DNA of 64,000 nucleotides from contig JAHYJW010000002.1 of assembly GCA_019428815.1 (NCBI GenBank), forward strand, positions 11,725-75,724, read 5' to 3'. This DNA is from Patescibacteria group bacterium. GTDB lineage: Archaea > Nanobdellota > Nanobdellia > Pacearchaeales > GW2011-AR1. Positions 59,560 through 64,000 of this stretch are shown here, in pieces. Both the position numbers and the translations under genes were made by a program. Each line of letters begins with the position of its first letter. The stretch's first letter is position 1. The notes beneath the pieces were generated by a model, which saw only the letters and a program-made list of their open reading frames with translations, was not told where the DNA came from and ran no database searches.

Positions 59560-59745
59560 ATGGGCTTAATAGTAAAAAACAATATAAGAAAAGTTGTAAA
59601 AGAATTAGATAAGGGTGAATCAATTTCCAGCGTAGCAGATGAAGTTGGTTTAGCTTTAGAAAGAAAAGTTGAAGGAATTCTCGTAGAAGCAATAAGAAGA
59701 GCAAGAGCTAATGGAAGGAGAACTCTTCAAGCAAGAGATTTATAA
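59560..59745 (+). CDS. Histone-fold protein with truncated alpha3
   Basis: LIV...IRK...V..E...AL..KV..I...A..RA.ANGRRTL.ARDL. Confidence 0.85.
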   Translation: MGLIVKNNIRKVVKELDKGESISSVADEVGLALERKVEGILVEAIRRARANGRRTLQARDL

Positions 59746-59790
59746 TTATTAAAAAGAAATTAAAAATAATTAAAAGGAGGTTTTATTAAA

Positions 59791-59952
59791 ATGACAAAGC
59801 CAAAATTTCCAGTTTTGGCAGTAATTCTTTTAATATTTGCTTTAACTTGGTTTTTTAGTGATATAGGGTATCTCCATATGAATATTCCCTGGATACCAAT
59901 TATCCTTGGGATAATCGCAGTTGGAATGATATTTAATAGATTTAGAGAATAA
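59791..59952 (+). CDS. Small 2-TM membrane protein (53 aa, not in ORF track)
   Basis: MTKPKFPVLAVILLIF...IPWIPIILGII...; GGAGG RBS. Confidence 0.7.
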   Translation: MTKPKFPVLAVILLIFALTWFFSDIGYLHMNIPWIPIILGIIAVGMIFNRFRE

Positions 59953-60013
59953 AAGAACAAAAAATTGAGAAATTCGAAGTTCAAAGTCCAAAGTGAATTT
60001 AGGATCTTAGGGC

Positions 60014-61276
60014 CTAATCTTCTAAGAAATATTCACAAGAGTTATAATAACTAGCGTTTCCACCGTAAGTACACTCTAATTCTTCATTAATAAAAATACA
60101 ATTTGCCTCCCCAGACCAGTCAGCATCATAAAAGGCATCTGAGATTTCTGGTAAATCATCTAGATCAAAATAACAAAAAGTTTCCATTCCCCAAAGTAAC
60201 ATAGAATAATTATTTGCTACTTCTATTTGTTCTTCAATCTCAAGAGCGGTATTTCCTAAAGATAAAAGGGCTTCCATAAGCCAGTTAGAAAAATAGATAG
60301 TTTGATTCGTTAGTTTAGAATAGTAAATACAAGTATCGTCTGATTCGTTAATCCCTATTATCTCTAGATTGGATATACTAGTTGTAACAATTCCTAAAAT
60401 TTCAAATACTGTAAACTGAGTTAATTTTGCAGGTTCACAGTTTTCTAAAGCTTCGGCAAAACAATGTTGAGGTGATAAGTTTAAATTTTGGCTATCACCA
60501 CTTGTTTCCATAAAAATTAAAAAAGATGTTCCGCAGTCCAAAATATCTAAAGTACAAATTCTCACTTCTGAAGGTTTGTTTAGCGTAGTTCCACATTGAT
60601 TTAAGTCTGTACAATTTCTTGTTTGAGTCTCATTCCCCGAACACGTACTCCAAGCAGTGCAGCTCCAGTTTTCAGCACAAGAAAGAGGATCACATTCCTG
60701 AGTTATCGGAGGTTTACTTAATATTGTCCCACATTGATTTAAGTCTGTACAATTTCTTGTTTGAGTTCCACCTTGAGAACAATTAGACCAAATGGTACAG
60801 CTCCAGTTTTCAGTACAAATAGCCTCATTAATCTTTTTGATATAAACTTCTAAGGTCCCTTCTTCTATCCTTATCAGTTTAATTTTTAGATTATAAGTTC
60901 CCGCGCCATTTAAATTAAACTTTTTTTCTTGTCCTTCTTCTAGGATAAAATCAATAGGATCACTCTCCAAGGTTAAACTTGCGGAATTATTGTTTGTGGA
61001 AATAACTCTAAGGGTATGAGTAACGTCTTCTAAAATGAATCTTACACTTTTACCTTCTCTTAAATTAATATTTTTCCCAGACATTATTTCTAATTCAGGA
61101 ATTGTTGTTTGGAAAAATCCTAAAATAAAGAGAACTAAAAAAATGATTCCTATAAAAAATACTACCGCGAGGATAATCAAAAAAGTATTCAGCCCAGATT
61201 TTTTGGGAGGATTAGTCCCTGAAGGAAAATATAAAACCTTTTTCTTTTCTTGAGTGTTAGAATTGTATTTATTCAT
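60014..61276 (-). CDS. Type II membrane protein with two thrombospondin-type-1-like repeats
   Basis: C.ENWSC..WS.CS...QTRNC.DLNQCGT x2. Confidence 0.75.
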   Translation of the reverse strand: MNKYNSNTQEKKKVLYFPSGTNPPKKSGLNTFLIILAVVFFIGIIFLVLFILGFFQTTIPELEIMSGKNINLREGKSVRFILEDVTHTLRVISTNNNSASLTLESDPIDFILEEGQEKKFNLNGAGTYNLKIKLIRIEEGTLEVYIKKINEAICTENWSCTIWSNCSQGGTQTRNCTDLNQCGTILSKPPITQECDPLSCAENWSCTAWSTCSGNETQTRNCTDLNQCGTTLNKPSEVRICTLDILDCGTSFLIFMETSGDSQNLNLSPQHCFAEALENCEPAKLTQFTVFEILGIVTTSISNLEIIGINESDDTCIYYSKLTNQTIYFSNWLMEALLSLGNTALEIEEQIEVANNYSMLLWGMETFCYFDLDDLPEISDAFYDADWSGEANCIFINEELECTYGGNASYYNSCEYFLED

Positions 61277-61420
61277 CTATACTCAAAGTGGTTATATCTT
61301 ATAAAAGTTATTAATTTCCTTATTATCTGAATTTCTTTTATTTTCTTTTTAAATAAATGCTTTTTTAATTTTTCTTGGTTAGGTTTTCCTGGTTAGGTTT
61401 TTATAGTTTAAGAAATTGTA

Positions 61421-61873
61421 GTGGTTATGGAATACTCCCAAAAAATTCAAGATAAAAAAAAATCTGAGAAAAATTCACTTCAAGGAAAGAAGAATAGGGC
61501 AGCAGGGTCAAGGTTTGAATTAAAGGTTAGGAATGAGTTAGAATCTAAGGGGTGGATTATTGATAAATGGACAAACAACATTGATTTAGAGACAGGGAAA
61601 TTAGTCAAAGCTAAAAGAAAGTTTAATCCCTACTTAAAAGTTCTAGGAATTGGTACAGGATTTCCAGATTTTATTGGAATAAAAAAAGTTTCTAATGGAT
61701 ATGATGTTATGGGAGTAGAAGTTAAGATAAATGGTTGGCTTGATAAAACAGAAAAAGAAAAATGTTGGTGGTTATTAAAAAACAAAATCTTTTCTAAGGT
61801 TCTTATTGCAAAAAAAGGGAAAAAACCTGGACAAATTGAATATGTTGATTTCATAGAAAAGTATGAAAAATAA
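61421..61873 (+). CDS. PD-(D/E)xK nuclease, Hjc-resolvase-like
   Basis: G.RFE.KV...LE..GW, FPDF, VEVK. Confidence 0.7.
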   Translation: MVMEYSQKIQDKKKSEKNSLQGKKNRAAGSRFELKVRNELESKGWIIDKWTNNIDLETGKLVKAKRKFNPYLKVLGIGTGFPDFIGIKKVSNGYDVMGVEVKINGWLDKTEKEKCWWLLKNKIFSKVLIAKKGKKPGQIEYVDFIEKYEK

Positions 61874-62036
61874 AGAAAAATAAAATTTTTGAGAGAAAAG
61901 ATAAATATCACGCTCTTTTTCATCCCCAAAAAGTATAAAAAGAGTTAAAATTTTTGAAAGATTGAGAATTAAGGGTATTCATAACCAACATTTACGGCGG
62001 TTATGAGATTTTTTCCGTTTAAACCCTAAAGAAAAA

Positions 62037-62513
62037 ATGAGTGAAGATAAAAACCTGGAAACAAGAATTAAAGCAATTATTATTCTAGAGGTTATTGGAA
62101 AGCCTCCTGAACATCTTGTTGAGACCTTAGAAAAATTAGCAGAAGGAATCGGAAATGAAAAGGGGGTTTTTGTTATTTCAAAAAAGATAAATAAATCTGT
62201 TTTATTAAAAGATCAAAAGGATTTTTATTCAAATTTTGCAGAAATCGAGCTTGAAGTTAATGAGTTATTACAACTTTTATTTTTGATGTTTAAGTATATG
62301 CCTGCACATGTAGAAATTGTTTCACCAGAAACAATTAAAACTTCTAATAATGATTTTGGAGAAGTTTTGAATGAACTTTTAAGAAGACTCCATGTTTATG
62401 ATGAAATAGCAAGAATCATGCAATTAGAGAATAAGAAATTAATGGATAAATTAAAAGTAATTGAAGAAAAAGAAGGTGATGAATCACCAAAAGATGAGAA
62501 GAAAAAAGATTAA
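62037..62513 (+). CDS. Hypothetical protein
   Basis: 158-aa ORF, ferredoxin-like pattern plus coiled-coil tail. Confidence 0.7.
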   Translation: MSEDKNLETRIKAIIILEVIGKPPEHLVETLEKLAEGIGNEKGVFVISKKINKSVLLKDQKDFYSNFAEIELEVNELLQLLFLMFKYMPAHVEIVSPETIKTSNNDFGEVLNELLRRLHVYDEIARIMQLENKKLMDKLKVIEEKEGDESPKDEKKKD

Positions 62514-63961
62514 GGCAAAAAATCATCCCTTTTTCTATTTATCCTATTTTTTTGTTCAAAATCCATTTTATTATCCCCATAATTATTACGTGGCTTAAAT
62601 TCTGAATGGCTCCTCTTTTTACCTTTAGCAATATCTAATAAATCAACCTTAGGCCTTATTCTTTTATGTTTAAGAAAAAATAAAACGAGAACAACAATTA
62701 TCACAACAATGATAATCCAACCAATAATTTTCCCGGTAGCAGGTTTTTCAGGGAGGGGTTCACAATTTCCTAAACAGCAATAAACCATCTCATTATCTTC
62801 ATCCATTGCAAGATTAGTTGAGATAGAACACATTTCCCCACTAGGACAAACTTTTCCCCCTTCTAAATCCCTACAATAAGGAAGAGAGTTCTCTCTTGGA
62901 CTAGGTTCAGAAGAATTTGGGTTCTCTATTATTTCTAAATTAATAAAAAGAGGCGTTGTAAAATTCTCACTAATTGCAAATAAGTGCCCACTTATCCTTA
63001 TCTCTTCTTCGCCAGAAGTAAAGTTTATTTCAATTTGTTCTGTAGAGTTTTCTTCTAAGACACTTATAAATTCAGGAGAGACATTCAAATAAGATTCCAT
63101 ATTCTGGGAAGTTACTAAAGAAATATTCTCTGTCCTTAAACCTTGATTAAGAATATAAAATATTTTTGTTAAGTTTGAATTAGTATACATGGAAAGATTT
63201 ATCCCCGAGGGGGTAATCTTAAAATTAGAATCATTCGTTTCAGGGCCGTCTACTTCTATGGGATTTGTCTGATTATTTATTAATTCTGGATAAAAAAATA
63301 CTGGAAGTTGATATTCTGTACTTTCTGAAGTAATCTGAATGTATTCTAAAGTTTGAGAAGTTAAATTAGAATCTAGATTTATTTCAAAATTAATCACCTT
63401 AGTTTGACCAGAAATTAAATCAAAAGAATTTTCTTGCGTAATAAAAGAATCTGGGGGAGTTAATTCTATTGTTCTTCTCACATTTTTAAAATTTGTAATC
63501 TCAAAAGAGAAATTTCCATTTGTTAAAACAACTCCAGGGTTAACGAAAAAATCTGTTGAATTTTCTGTAATCGTAAAATTTTTTATGATTCTTTCTTCAC
63601 TTATTTGAATTCCATTCCAATAACTGACTCCATCTACAACTAAAGAATAATTTCCAGCTGGTTTTCCCAAAAGTAATGCGTAAACATAAAAGTCTGTCCC
63701 AATTTTTACAACATCATAATTCATAGGGATACCACTAATATGACCTCTGTAGAATATAATGTTCTCTTTTGTTATCTGTTCAATAAAATTTCCAGAGATC
63801 ACTGCAATTAGATTTTCTCCTTGGTCAAATTGGATATCTTGTTCAATGATTGCAAAACCTGTAAGAGTAGGTTTAGGGGTATAAAATAAAACAAACATTA
63901 AAACTATCGCTATAATTAAAATCACTAACTTACCAGACAATTTTAATTTCCTCTTTTTCAT
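62510..63961 (-). CDS. Membrane-anchored surface glycoprotein-like protein
   Basis: N- and C-terminal TM helices, many N-x-S/T sequons, Cys-rich juxtamembrane module. Confidence 0.7.
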   Translation of the reverse strand: MKKRKLKLSGKLVILIIAIVLMFVLFYTPKPTLTGFAIIEQDIQFDQGENLIAVISGNFIEQITKENIIFYRGHISGIPMNYDVVKIGTDFYVYALLLGKPAGNYSLVVDGVSYWNGIQISEERIIKNFTITENSTDFFVNPGVVLTNGNFSFEITNFKNVRRTIELTPPDSFITQENSFDLISGQTKVINFEINLDSNLTSQTLEYIQITSESTEYQLPVFFYPELINNQTNPIEVDGPETNDSNFKITPSGINLSMYTNSNLTKIFYILNQGLRTENISLVTSQNMESYLNVSPEFISVLEENSTEQIEINFTSGEEEIRISGHLFAISENFTTPLFINLEIIENPNSSEPSPRENSLPYCRDLEGGKVCPSGEMCSISTNLAMDEDNEMVYCCLGNCEPLPEKPATGKIIGWIIIVVIIVVLVLFFLKHKRIRPKVDLLDIAKGKKRSHSEFKPRNNYGDNKMDFEQKNRINRKRDDFLP

Positions 63962-64000
63962 GTTTATTAAAGAAAAAAGGAGTTAATAAATTTTAATGTT

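Overview
AT-rich, gene-dense chromosomal segment of an archaeon. Evidence: thermosome, eS19/eL39/eL31/eL24/eS28/L7Ae, Kae1, Dph5, Cbf5, TrmY, BHB-type tRNA introns, TATA-box promoters. The sparse metabolism and many small membrane or surface proteins suggest a DPANN lineage such as Pacearchaeota or Woesearchaeota (inference, no phylogeny run). There are five tRNAs: Val-TAC, Gly-GCC with a 56-nt intron, Ser-GGA, Asp-GTC and Tyr-GTA with a 106-nt intron. No rRNA, CRISPR array, transposase or integrase was seen. Highlights: (1) a candidate TrmB-family regulon, with GTAT-N6-ATAC at a fixed 7-bp spacing before a TTATATATA box at four promoters, three of them in a microprotein cluster next to a trmB gene; (2) a 1.3-kb integrase-less islet bounded by a 42-bp tRNA-Val 3' duplication, carrying a GNAT and a RelE-type toxin-antitoxin pair; (3) a Kt-7-like kink-turn that competes with an 11-bp hairpin in the rpl7ae leader; (4) a structured leader on rps19e; (5) bacterial-type groES-groEL inserted into an archaeal ribosomal gene string alongside a thermosome; (6) a protein with an outer-membrane-like beta-barrel C-terminus. 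Protein calls come from motif recognition by eye, not database searches.
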